The position numbers and the translations under genes are program-made. Shown here piece after piece: positions 28,605 through 37,380 of a stretch of DNA of 64,000 bases; within the stretch, counting starts at the first letter, position 1; each line of letters starts with the position of its first letter. Source of the DNA: Candidatus Sigynarchaeum calidifontis. Lineage in GTDB: Archaea; Asgardarchaeota; Lokiarchaeia; Sigyniarchaeales; Sigyniarchaeaceae. Location: positions 1-64,000 of the forward strand of contig JAUQYZ020000102.1 of NCBI GenBank assembly GCA_030587475.2, in the 5' to 3' direction. Under the pieces are notes generated by a model, which was not told the DNA's origin, ran no database searches, and saw nothing but the letters and a program-made list of their open reading frames with translations.

Positions 28605-29222
28605 ATGGTCTCGCTCACGACGTCGCTGCGAAGGGGAATCAAGTACGACTGCATCGCCCCGGATAACTGCGACGGGCACTGCTGCTGGGGGGCCGGTTCG
28701 ATCTATATCTTCGCTGATGACATAGCACGCGCTGCCAAGTTCTTGAACATGGATCTCGACGATTTCTTGGACAAGCACGTGGATGTCATAGAAGCACCAC
28801 CCGTCCACGTTAAGTACGACGGCAAGATCCCCCAACTCGTGTTCAAGGAAACGGGGGAAAAGGCCGCGTGCCATTTCCAGGACGGGAAGGGCCTCTGCAC
28901 CATCCACCCGGCACGGCCGTTCCAGTGCAGCGGGTACCCGTTCTGGAAGATGAACGTGAAGAACAAGGAGGCGTGGGCGAAACTCGCCGCTGCTTGCCCC
29001 GCCGTGAAGGCATCGCGAAAGAAAAAAGGGGCCAAGTGGTACACGGCCGCCGAGATCAAGCGCCTCGTGCACGACGAGATCCAGCTGGACGTGGAATGGG
29101 AGAAATTGATGGTAGAATGGAAGGGCGATTACAGGAGCTATCTACACCAATTCGTTGCAAAACAAAATGCCCGACAAGATTACCAACGGAAGGGGAAGGA
29201 AACAAGCCCGCCCCCTTCATGA
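28605..29222 (+). CDS. YkgJ-family cysteine cluster protein
   Basis: C..C.G.CC and CHF...CTIHPARPFQCSGYPFW motifs. Confidence 0.9.
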   Translation: MVSLTTSLRRGIKYDCIAPDNCDGHCCWGAGSIYIFADDIARAAKFLNMDLDDFLDKHVDVIEAPPVHVKYDGKIPQLVFKETGEKAACHFQDGKGLCTIHPARPFQCSGYPFWKMNVKNKEAWAKLAAACPAVKASRKKKGAKWYTAAEIKRLVHDEIQLDVEWEKLMVEWKGDYRSYLHQFVAKQNARQDYQRKGKETSPPPS

Positions 29223-29229
29223 CATGCAA

Positions 29230-30582
29230 TCAGCATGCCGTGGTTTTCACGGGGCCATCGATGATGGCAACGCCAGCCAAAGCGCTTCCACCAATCACCA
29301 GCCCGACAACATAGGTGCCCGCGACGAAAACCACGCTCTCTGGGAGCGGGACGTCCGGCACAATCGTGGTCATGAAGCCGATGGCCACGAGGATCCCCTG
29401 GATCACGATGGCTTGCACGAGGGGTTGCCCGAACCATCGCTTACCCCGGTACTCGGCCTTGTACAAGAAGATGACGGATAAAATGAAGAACCCCCACATG
29501 GCCGTTACCATGGCGTACGTGATCCCCATCACCATCGTTGTAGCCCCGACATCACCGGCAAAGAAATTTCCTGCAAATCCATCTTCCGGCTTCATGCCAT
29601 TGTAGAGGGCAAGGGACACGCCGAGCACGAGCGGGAGATTGTGCCCGAACACGATCGATCGCTCGGTCGGCGGCTGGAACATACGCTCGGTCACTGCGAA
29701 TACGCCAGGAGCAAGGCCTTGCTCTTGCTTCGACACGGGCCGGTTCGTGGCGAAGTGCGCGACACCGATCGATGCCCCGCCAATGGCACCTATGCTCATC
29801 TCCCAAGCTTTCCAGGAGCTTGGCAGAGACATGAAGAACCAGCCCGAAGAGATCACGAACCCCGTGCCGAAACCCGCGGCCATGATGATCGAGGTCGCCA
29901 AGCCCCGCCAGTTCTTGTTCACGATCTCCGCGGCGAAAAAACCCCCGAACATCCCGAACTGGATCGCCGATGATGCTGCTGTCTCGACAGCACGGGCACA
30001 TTGCGCGCAAGTGGCAAGGTTCGCGTAATAGACCGAGCCATACAGCGGCAGCAGCAAACCGGGAAACGCGAGGAACGTGATGAGGCCGATGCCGGCACCG
30101 ATGCTGCCAAGGATCGCGCGGCGCATCCACGCCAGCTTCGCTGCCCGGCTATCGCCAGTTCCGGGGATCGCCCAGCCGAGCACGGCCCCCGCCGTTCCGC
30201 CCCATGAGAGACCACACTGCAGCAAGCCAAGAAAACCCCAAGCGGGATCCACGTCCACGGGCGTTCCCGATTGGATCATCCAGCTTCCCTTGATCCACGA
30301 GATGAATTGCCCGTACCCGTGGAACCCGCCGACCATGATGCCCGCGGCGAGGGCAAGGAACGCCCATCTCGATGCTATTGGCCTTGCAAAGCTGCTTCTA
30401 CCCGCCTTGCCGTCATTATTGGAAAGGAAATACCAGAGCACCGCCCAGCCCGTGCCCGCGAATAAGCCGCCCATCGAGCCGCCATAGCCGCCCGTGCCCC
30501 TGATACCCCAGAAGAAAGTGCCGAAACCCGCCATCATGGCTACTGGAAAGATCAGCTCCCGGAAGATCACCTTTGATTGCAT
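29230..30582 (-). CDS. Glycine-rich multi-pass membrane protein of unknown function
   Basis: 450-aa ORF with about 12 hydrophobic segments; WGIRG..GYGG..G motif. Confidence 0.75.
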   Translation of the reverse strand: MQSKVIFRELIFPVAMMAGFGTFFWGIRGTGGYGGSMGGLFAGTGWAVLWYFLSNNDGKAGRSSFARPIASRWAFLALAAGIMVGGFHGYGQFISWIKGSWMIQSGTPVDVDPAWGFLGLLQCGLSWGGTAGAVLGWAIPGTGDSRAAKLAWMRRAILGSIGAGIGLITFLAFPGLLLPLYGSVYYANLATCAQCARAVETAASSAIQFGMFGGFFAAEIVNKNWRGLATSIIMAAGFGTGFVISSGWFFMSLPSSWKAWEMSIGAIGGASIGVAHFATNRPVSKQEQGLAPGVFAVTERMFQPPTERSIVFGHNLPLVLGVSLALYNGMKPEDGFAGNFFAGDVGATTMVMGITYAMVTAMWGFFILSVIFLYKAEYRGKRWFGQPLVQAIVIQGILVAIGFMTTIVPDVPLPESVVFVAGTYVVGLVIGGSALAGVAIIDGPVKTTAC

Positions 30583-30697
30583 ACGCGGGCGAGGGAAGGA
30601 GATTAAAAAAACGCATCGTTAGAACCGATAATACTCATGCCTTGTTATATGCAAGGGAGAGAGGATGAACTAAAACGAAGGTGGCATCGACGATGCT

Positions 30698-33589
30698 TCA
30701 CGAACGCCCTGTTACAAGGGAAAAAAGCTCGCTAGCCTCCTTTGCAGCCTCGTCGTACGGGATCGGGTGCTTGCCGTGGAATGGGGAGAGCCGTGAACCC
30801 AGGGCAGTGATGCGGTAGAAGACGAGGGCGAATGGCTTCGATGGCCCGGCGTGGCGGGCCGCGAACTCGATCTGCGCCAGGGACTCCGTGTCGTGCCCGC
30901 CGAACAACCCGATGAGGAACGGGTAGAGAAAATTGCCGAACCCGAAGAAGAACACGACCATGTAGACCATCGCCCCGCCCACGGGTGTCAAAGCCGCGAG
31001 TACCGAATCGTAGGACAAGCTCAGTAGCCAACTCAGGCCCGCGATGGCCAGACAAGAGAAGCCCGGCGCGACGATGGTCTGCCACCAGTTCACCCGCACC
31101 TTGATGATGCGCTTGTCCGTGAGGATCCACGTGAAGATCACCTTGAAAATGACCCCGGGGATTTCTGCAAATACGAACGCGAAGAATTGCAGCGAGCCGA
31201 TGGTCGATAGCAGGAACGTGATGCGGATCACTTGCTCGATGGCGACTGCCACGACGTATGTTCCAGCCCGGTCGATGGCGATGAGGAAAAACTTGGCGAA
31301 GTCACCGAGCGCTATGAAAAGTTTAGTGATCGAGTAAAGCATGATGACCATGCCCATGGGCTTGTAGAGCTCGGGCACCACGCTCGTGACGATGCGGTTG
31401 ACAGAGAAAGGCATTACGAACAGCGTGAAAAGAAGCAATGCAAACGTGCCGAAGTACTTGAACCCGTAAGAGACGAAAGCTTCCGCGAGCTTGACTTTCT
31501 TGTTGTTGTATGCCTCGCTTGTCGTGGGAAGCGCATTTTCATAAAGGACGGTCATGAACAAGATGGGATACGTGAGATACGTGGCGATGCCGATGAAAGA
31601 ACCGAGATATGTATAGTTATTGAGAAATAGCGTGATGATCAATACGGACGCAAAGTTGCCGAACAAGTATATCACGTTGGATAGCATGGACTTGAGGCCA
31701 AATACCAATGTCTCGCGAACGAGCCGCCAATCGAAGTCAAGGCGGAACATCTGCTTGACCGTGAACCGCGCGTCGATTTTTTTCAAGAACGCTGCGGATA
31801 GCAGCATTTGTGCAAGAGACCCAGCATACGATGCAATCGAGAGGCCGAGGCTGGAACCGATGACCTCCCCGATGAGCGGGTTTCGCGCGCCGATATTACG
31901 AAAGATTTCCGGGAGCACGGCCATTAGGCCGATTTGGAAAAATAGCAGACTTAAAAAATTAACAAGTGCTTCGAGATCTGTCCTTTGAGCGGACTTCAAT
32001 AAATGCGTAAATACATAGACGATTCCAGGGAACTGAACGAGGGAATTGACGACGAAAAAATAGGACATGAAGCCAATTGATGCGACACGCGGTACCAGGT
32101 ACACGCCAATCAAGGAAATCGCAGTTGTTTGCACCAGGCCACTGATCATTTGATACCAGATAAATAGCTGCACGTATCTGAGTGCACGGGCGGGATCCGT
32201 CGTCCAGTACTGTCCCACGAAACGATCATATGCCTGGGCAAGTCCAAAGTCCAGCGTGATGAACACGGCTGAAAAGATCGAGGAAATGATGAACTGGATG
32301 CCGAAGGAGCCGGGATCTTGAATGATGAATGTGGGCAAGATGTAGATGATGATCACGAACAGCGGGGCGACGACTACGAGCGTGATGAAAAACATCACGA
32401 AAAATCCGGCAAGGGGTTTATGGTAACCGGGCAGTTCCCATGATTTTTCGGACCCGATCGTCTCCAGAACGGGTGTTTCTTTCGCAGGCAAGGCCGGTTT
32501 TTTTCCCCGATTCACGAGCCTCTCGAAGAGTTTTTTTTTGGTTGCTTCCTTGGCCTTGCGCTCGGCCACGCGCTGCAAGTAAATCTCGACCGGCACGAGC
32601 TCCAGCGGCGTGGATCGCGTATATTTTCGGAAATACAGGAACATGACCACCGTGATGGCAGCAAAAGAACCGAGCAAGAGTAAGATGAATGCCTTGCTCG
32701 ACGCTTGTGGGATCGGCGCAAATGGCCAATCGGCAAATTGCACGACATCGCCCGGCACCTTGCCGGCGAGTTTCATGGTCGACACGTACACGAAATACGT
32801 CCAGTACGGCCAGTTTCCAAGGTTCTTGTTTGAACCAGCCCGGACAGGGGCAGCGAGTTCCACCACGCGCACGGACGGATCGGACAGCGTGGCGAGCATC
32901 GGGAACCGCTGGCTGCCAACCGTGAGCCCCCGGCTCCCTTCCACCAGCATCTTCGCACTTGGATGGGATGCCACGGTCTCGGTGAGGTTCAACAGCTGGG
33001 GGAGCGAGATGAAACCTATCCGGTCTTGAAGGATATCGTTCCCCGGGCTCACGATGGTGCCGATCGTGTCCGTCACGTTCTGGCGGATTTCTTTTGGGAA
33101 GCCTGAACCGTCGAGCACCGGTCGCAATGGCAAGACATCGTCGATGATGCTAAGCAAGGTCTGGTTGTACACCATGCTCGCGCTGTTCGCCTGGAAGAAC
33201 AAGCCGGCCGTGCCATTTTCAACCGCCCAGGTCAAGTTTTGCACCTGGCCGATCGTCAAGGTGGTGTTCCAGGGCAGATCAAGCATGTATACCACGTCGA
33301 AGGGCTGCGAATGGCTTGCCGGGTCTTGGATCGCAAATGCGGACATGTTCACGTCCGTGAAATAGGTGATGTTGAACGCCGGGTCGAGATCCAGGGCAAC
33401 CGGCCACGTTAACAAGTATTTCGAGCTGGACCTGGACGTGATGACGGCGATATCGATGGTATTCGATTGTGCGGGCGTGGCCGTGCCGGATTCATGCGCT
33501 TGTAACGATCGCGTGGTCATTGAAATCAAGATGGAAGCCACAATGCAGCATGTTACCACCAACGCCAGTTTCTTGCCGCGGGGAGCCAT
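30698..33589 (-). CDS. Extracellular domain + MOP/flippase-like multi-pass membrane protein (paralog B)
   Basis: Shares WPY, F.DW.F.P.P, YVQ.F.W.QM.SG.VQ, SL.Q.PG, QRTD and SEA motifs with 17961-20798; start approximate. Confidence 0.7.
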   Translation of the reverse strand: MAPRGKKLALVVTCCIVASILISMTTRSLQAHESGTATPAQSNTIDIAVITSRSSSKYLLTWPVALDLDPAFNITYFTDVNMSAFAIQDPASHSQPFDVVYMLDLPWNTTLTIGQVQNLTWAVENGTAGLFFQANSASMVYNQTLLSIIDDVLPLRPVLDGSGFPKEIRQNVTDTIGTIVSPGNDILQDRIGFISLPQLLNLTETVASHPSAKMLVEGSRGLTVGSQRFPMLATLSDPSVRVVELAAPVRAGSNKNLGNWPYWTYFVYVSTMKLAGKVPGDVVQFADWPFAPIPQASSKAFILLLLGSFAAITVVMFLYFRKYTRSTPLELVPVEIYLQRVAERKAKEATKKKLFERLVNRGKKPALPAKETPVLETIGSEKSWELPGYHKPLAGFFVMFFITLVVVAPLFVIIIYILPTFIIQDPGSFGIQFIISSIFSAVFITLDFGLAQAYDRFVGQYWTTDPARALRYVQLFIWYQMISGLVQTTAISLIGVYLVPRVASIGFMSYFFVVNSLVQFPGIVYVFTHLLKSAQRTDLEALVNFLSLLFFQIGLMAVLPEIFRNIGARNPLIGEVIGSSLGLSIASYAGSLAQMLLSAAFLKKIDARFTVKQMFRLDFDWRLVRETLVFGLKSMLSNVIYLFGNFASVLIITLFLNNYTYLGSFIGIATYLTYPILFMTVLYENALPTTSEAYNNKKVKLAEAFVSYGFKYFGTFALLLFTLFVMPFSVNRIVTSVVPELYKPMGMVIMLYSITKLFIALGDFAKFFLIAIDRAGTYVVAVAIEQVIRITFLLSTIGSLQFFAFVFAEIPGVIFKVIFTWILTDKRIIKVRVNWWQTIVAPGFSCLAIAGLSWLLSLSYDSVLAALTPVGGAMVYMVVFFFGFGNFLYPFLIGLFGGHDTESLAQIEFAARHAGPSKPFALVFYRITALGSRLSPFHGKHPIPYDEAAKEASELFSLVTGRS

Positions 33590-33673
33590 GTGCTTTGCTC
33601 GACGAGTGTCGATAAAAACATACCGCAAAAAAGCGGAATATGCATCATGAACTGGAGGGCACGCGGCGCAAGA

Positions 33674-33952
33674 TTACCCGCAGCACGAACCGCCCGTGCC
33701 TTTTTTCGTGCCGATCCGGCGACGGCTCACGTCCCACAAGCACCCGCAGCCTTTCTGCTCTTGCATGACAACCGCCTTCTCGGGACAGTTCTTTTGACAC
33801 GCGGAACATTCGGTGCACAAGTCTGGCCGTAGTATCGTGTATTTTCCGCTTTCTGAGCGAGCTGGAAGGCCGAACGGGCACACCTCCGCGCACGTGCCGC
33901 ACCCCGTGCAAGCATTCTGGTTGATGCGGATGCGCGGGGCCTCGATCTTCAT
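33674..33952 (-). CDS. hgcB: HgcB-type 2x[4Fe-4S] ferredoxin
   Basis: CTGCGTCAEVCP and CTECSACQKNCP, then GCGC and C-terminal vicinal cysteines (GSCCG); immediately downstream of the hgcA-like gene. Confidence 0.85.
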   Translation of the reverse strand: MKIEAPRIRINQNACTGCGTCAEVCPFGLPARSESGKYTILRPDLCTECSACQKNCPEKAVVMQEQKGCGCLWDVSRRRIGTKKGTGGSCCG

Positions 33953-34010
33953 ATCGACAACGACCGGCCCTTGAAGCCGTGCACTATTCGATGGTCTCTG
34001 CAACATGGGT

Positions 34011-35693
34011 CTATGTCACCAACATGCCGATGGCTGATAAGGTTATCCCAAGGCCCAGGAACGCCACGTTCAGCACCTGGAAGCGCACGAATTCCCCGGC
34101 GATCTCCCTGGGGCTCGTGTCCATTGTGTACCCCGAAAAGGACATCGTCGTGAAGAATCCGGTCCAGAACTGGAATGGCAAGTTCCACGTGTATGTCGCA
34201 ACGGGAAGCTGTAGCATCCACGCCGCCAGGCCCATGATCGTCACGTTCAACACGGCCACGACGAGTCCTTTCTGCACGAACCAGCGCGTGAAGCGGGTGA
34301 TCGGGTATAAAATCCCCAGCAAAAGGAAATTGGTGGTGAAAAGCGATGCCCACAACTCACCCGTGAAGGCAAGGAGCCAACCAGCGCCGCGCCACGTCGT
34401 TAACAGACCGATGATGGCCACAGCGACCAGGCTTATTGTTGGAAGCAAAAATATCTTGCGCGCCTGAAACGTGAAATGCGTGATCCCCGCTTGCATCCGG
34501 TGGCCGATCGTGAATTTCGCGACTTTCCATGCCTCCGGCTTCCGCGCGGGGCGGGTTTTCAGGTACGCGGGAAGGTCTCTCGACCAGACGGGGCCGTACT
34601 TCACCACGAAAGGGAACTTGTCCGTGTTCTTGGGCAAGTCGGGCGCTTCGATTCCCCCCGCGGCGAGCTGCGGGAGGATCAAGGTGCGGCTCGACGTTAT
34701 CGACGCGATCCCCGTGGCTTCGACCGCCTCGAGCAGCTGCCGGTTGCCGAAGTGACCGCCGCGTGCCCCGCACCAGACGTTGATGCCGTCCGAGTCGACG
34801 ACCAAAACCCACGCATCGACCTTGCCGCGTCGCAAGTCGCGCATCACGCGGAAGTACGTGTACTCGTAGTTGGCGGTCACCAGCACGGGCGCGTCGGGGC
34901 CGGGGTTGCCGGACGCGTAGATCCCGGGCTCGATGGACACGTGATCCACCTGCCCGGTGAGCAAGCAACGCCACGCGCGTAGCCGCGCCCTGGCGCCAGT
35001 GAACGCGCGCTTCTGGGGGCGATAATAGCCGGGCGCACTCGAATGATCCACCACGACCTTCTCGAACGCCAAAACTTTGATGGCACCGTGTGCCCAGGAC
35101 TGCTCGCCAGCAAGCTTGAAGCCGATAACGGCCGGATAACGGGAAAACCACTCGAGCGGGTGCGTTAGCCCCGTGCGGAGCCTTTTCGCCTTGCGCTTGT
35201 ACCACCAGCGCTTCAACGCAAAACCTACTTTCCAGAAGCCGCGGGGAATGAACTCGTCCGCGACCAAGAGCTTGCCGCCCGGCTTGAGAGCGAGCCACGC
35301 CTTTCGCAAGAAGACTTGTTGCTCCAATGGCCGCAGCTCGGAGAGAACGAACGTGCTCACGACCGCGTCATACTCGCTTGTTTTCGGCTCGTACATCATC
35401 ACGTTGCCCCATTCGAACTTCACGGGAAGATCCTTGATCTTGTCCCTATTCGCCCGGGCTTGCTTGAGCATTCCGAGATTTTGTTCTATCGCTGTAACGA
35501 TGTGGCCTTGCTGGCCCATCAAGATGGAAAGCGTACCGGGACCAGGGCCTATCTCGAGCACGCTGCTCGACGGGCGGAGTTGCCGGAGGATCCAGTCTTG
35601 CACACGCTTGTTAACCCCGCCGGTTAGAGCCGTGAAACCTTGCTCGTACGTGGCCGGTTCTTGCTCGAGCTTTTTCATGAAAACAACGGACAT
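34011..35693 (-). CDS. hgcA: Class I SAM methyltransferase fused to HgcA-type corrinoid protein with C-terminal TM domain
   Basis: N-terminal VLEIGPGPG, YDAVVSTFVLSEL, LKPGGKLLVADE; then EPGIY..GNP...APVLVTANYEYT, DSDGINVWCGARGGHF, LILPQLAAGGI, VKYGPV; 4-5 TM helices with FSGYT. Confidence 0.85.
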   Translation of the reverse strand: MSVVFMKKLEQEPATYEQGFTALTGGVNKRVQDWILRQLRPSSSVLEIGPGPGTLSILMGQQGHIVTAIEQNLGMLKQARANRDKIKDLPVKFEWGNVMMYEPKTSEYDAVVSTFVLSELRPLEQQVFLRKAWLALKPGGKLLVADEFIPRGFWKVGFALKRWWYKRKAKRLRTGLTHPLEWFSRYPAVIGFKLAGEQSWAHGAIKVLAFEKVVVDHSSAPGYYRPQKRAFTGARARLRAWRCLLTGQVDHVSIEPGIYASGNPGPDAPVLVTANYEYTYFRVMRDLRRGKVDAWVLVVDSDGINVWCGARGGHFGNRQLLEAVEATGIASITSSRTLILPQLAAGGIEAPDLPKNTDKFPFVVKYGPVWSRDLPAYLKTRPARKPEAWKVAKFTIGHRMQAGITHFTFQARKIFLLPTISLVAVAIIGLLTTWRGAGWLLAFTGELWASLFTTNFLLLGILYPITRFTRWFVQKGLVVAVLNVTIMGLAAWMLQLPVATYTWNLPFQFWTGFFTTMSFSGYTMDTSPREIAGEFVRFQVLNVAFLGLGITLSAIGMLVT

Positions 35694-35699
35694 GAGGGT

Positions 35700-35963
35700 T
35701 CACTTTAAAAGGGGTTCCATGAACTCCTTGATGGGCCCGGACAGCGTGTCAACCTTTATCAGGGAAACGCAGCAAGGGTTTCCTCCTCTTGATAAGGTGA
35801 TGACCGCGATCTTGTCCCCCGCGTTCCAGCCAAGCTTGTTCCGGATATCTTTCGACAAAACTAGCTGGCCGCGGGCGTCTATCGACGTGATGGCATCTAT
35901 CTTGCAGATCGATCGTAGTTCCTGCTTGCACCCGCAAGTGCTATCGGTGTCGGGCATTGTCAT
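35700..35963 (-). CDS. hgcC: HgcC-like AbrB/MazE/SpoVT-family protein
   Basis: CKIDAITSIDARGQLVLSKDIRNKLGWNAGDKIAVI....PCCVSLIK; Cys-rich; 6 nt upstream of the hgcA fusion. Confidence 0.8.
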   Translation of the reverse strand: MTMPDTDSTCGCKQELRSICKIDAITSIDARGQLVLSKDIRNKLGWNAGDKIAVITLSRGGNPCCVSLIKVDTLSGPIKEFMEPLLK

Positions 35964-35975
35964 ATATCAAGTGCA

Positions 35976-36009
35976 ATCAGAATATATAAGGTTATTCTGA
36001 TATATCAGA
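35976..36009. promoter_or_regulatory. Promoter/operator of the hgc operon
   Basis: ATCAGAATA-n8-TATTCTGAT (35976-36001) straddles a minus-strand TATA (CCTTATATA) and overlaps the perfect palindrome TCTGATATATCAGA (35996-36009). Confidence 0.6.
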
Positions 36010-36147
36010 TCATCAAGCATATAAAGGCATCCTATGGCGCAAATGACGTGATCCGGCAATCGCTTGGTAAGAACCACCTGAAATTAACACGGGATGGTTT
36101 GATCCAGGGCTATCGCTTTTTAACCGCGAATTGGGAAGCCGATCACC

Positions 36148-37380
36148 ATGGCAACCGAAACCAGAAGAGGACTCTCGGAACGCGTGGCAAGAATGGCCCA
36201 TGCACTGGAGCGCCGCATGGACTATCTTAAGGCTCTCCAGGGAAGTGGTTTTACCATTGCCACGATCCTTTTCATAGCGATCTCCACGCATTTCTTCGTC
36301 CAGACCTTGAGGTCGGTCATCATTGCCCCGGCTATATTCGATGAGCTCCTGCCCGTTTTCATTGCGTTGATCGCCACCCCTTTCGCCGTGGCTGCCCTCA
36401 CGCTCGTGTGCAATGATCCATTTCTCGGCCTGGTAGGCGCGTTCGTGCAAGCACTAGGGAGGGGATTCTTGCTCATGCCCTCCGATGCGGAGAACCTGGG
36501 CTATTACGCCGGCATGATCTGTGGCATTTTCGGCTATTCGTTGGCCTTTCTCGGGGTGCTCGGGGCGGTTCTCACGCGTTCCCCGCTCAATGTTTCACAA
36601 GACCAGGAAAAAACACGGCCATCTGCGATTGCCGGGGGAACGCTGCTCGGCATGGCGATGAACATCGTTCTCCGTTTGCCAAGTCCTGTTGGAGCCAGCA
36701 TCGCGGAGAACATCTTGTGCAATTGCATGTTATTCCTCGTTTTTTCTTCCGTCGCGCTATATTGGTACAAGGGACATCATCAGGAGCACAACATTCTCAA
36801 GAACGTCCTGCCGGCTGATACCAAGCGCGGCAAGGCAAAAAAATTCCGAAAGACCCTGCATATCTTCATGCTTGGACCATGTTTCGCTGTCCTGGGGTTT
36901 TATTTCAACCGGCCCGAGTGGATCGCGGCTGCAGCCGGAATGCCCTACACGGCGACCGCCTACGTGCTCGTCTTGTCTATCTTGGTAGCCCCGCTCGTGC
37001 GGGCGCTCGGCGTATTCAGAAAACAGGCACGGGATGTCGTAACGCTGGCTTGCATCGCCGCTTCATTCGTTGGCATCGGTTTCATGCATTTCTTGCCTGC
37101 CGGCCCATATCTCTTGATCCTCATCGTGCCAACCCCGTTCGGGCTGGGACTCATCATTGATAGAGCCATCTCACAAACGGCCCTGGAACGCGCCGACAAC
37201 GTGGATATCACGATCATCCTCGCCTGGATGGTCTCCCTTGCGAGTATTCTCGGGTCAAACGTGCTTTCTCTACTCATTTTCATTCCTTACGCGGGGATTA
37301 TCGTCATGGCCCCGCTTGTCCTATACACAGCAATTGATGCCATCAATACTATAAAGCGCGGGAGCGAGGTAGGAGAATAG
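36148..37380 (+). CDS. Multi-pass membrane protein of unknown function
   Basis: 410 aa with about 12 hydrophobic helices in a 6+6 arrangement. Confidence 0.75.
   Translation: MATETRRGLSERVARMAHALERRMDYLKALQGSGFTIATILFIAISTHFFVQTLRSVIIAPAIFDELLPVFIALIATPFAVAALTLVCNDPFLGLVGAFVQALGRGFLLMPSDAENLGYYAGMICGIFGYSLAFLGVLGAVLTRSPLNVSQDQEKTRPSAIAGGTLLGMAMNIVLRLPSPVGASIAENILCNCMLFLVFSSVALYWYKGHHQEHNILKNVLPADTKRGKAKKFRKTLHIFMLGPCFAVLGFYFNRPEWIAAAAGMPYTATAYVLVLSILVAPLVRALGVFRKQARDVVTLACIAASFVGIGFMHFLPAGPYLLILIVPTPFGLGLIIDRAISQTALERADNVDITIILAWMVSLASILGSNVLSLLIFIPYAGIIVMAPLVLYTAIDAINTIKRGSEVGE

Noticed and set aside
27177-29222. B12-radical SAM and YkgJ genes as part of the hgc system
   Set aside because: Opposite strand, more than 4 kb away and separated by unrelated genes; both families are common.
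34011-35693. Interpretation as acetyl-CoA synthase corrinoid subunit CdhD/CdhE
   Set aside because: No TIM-barrel or Fe-S domain; has the NVWC cap helix, TM tail and hgcB/hgcC neighbours.
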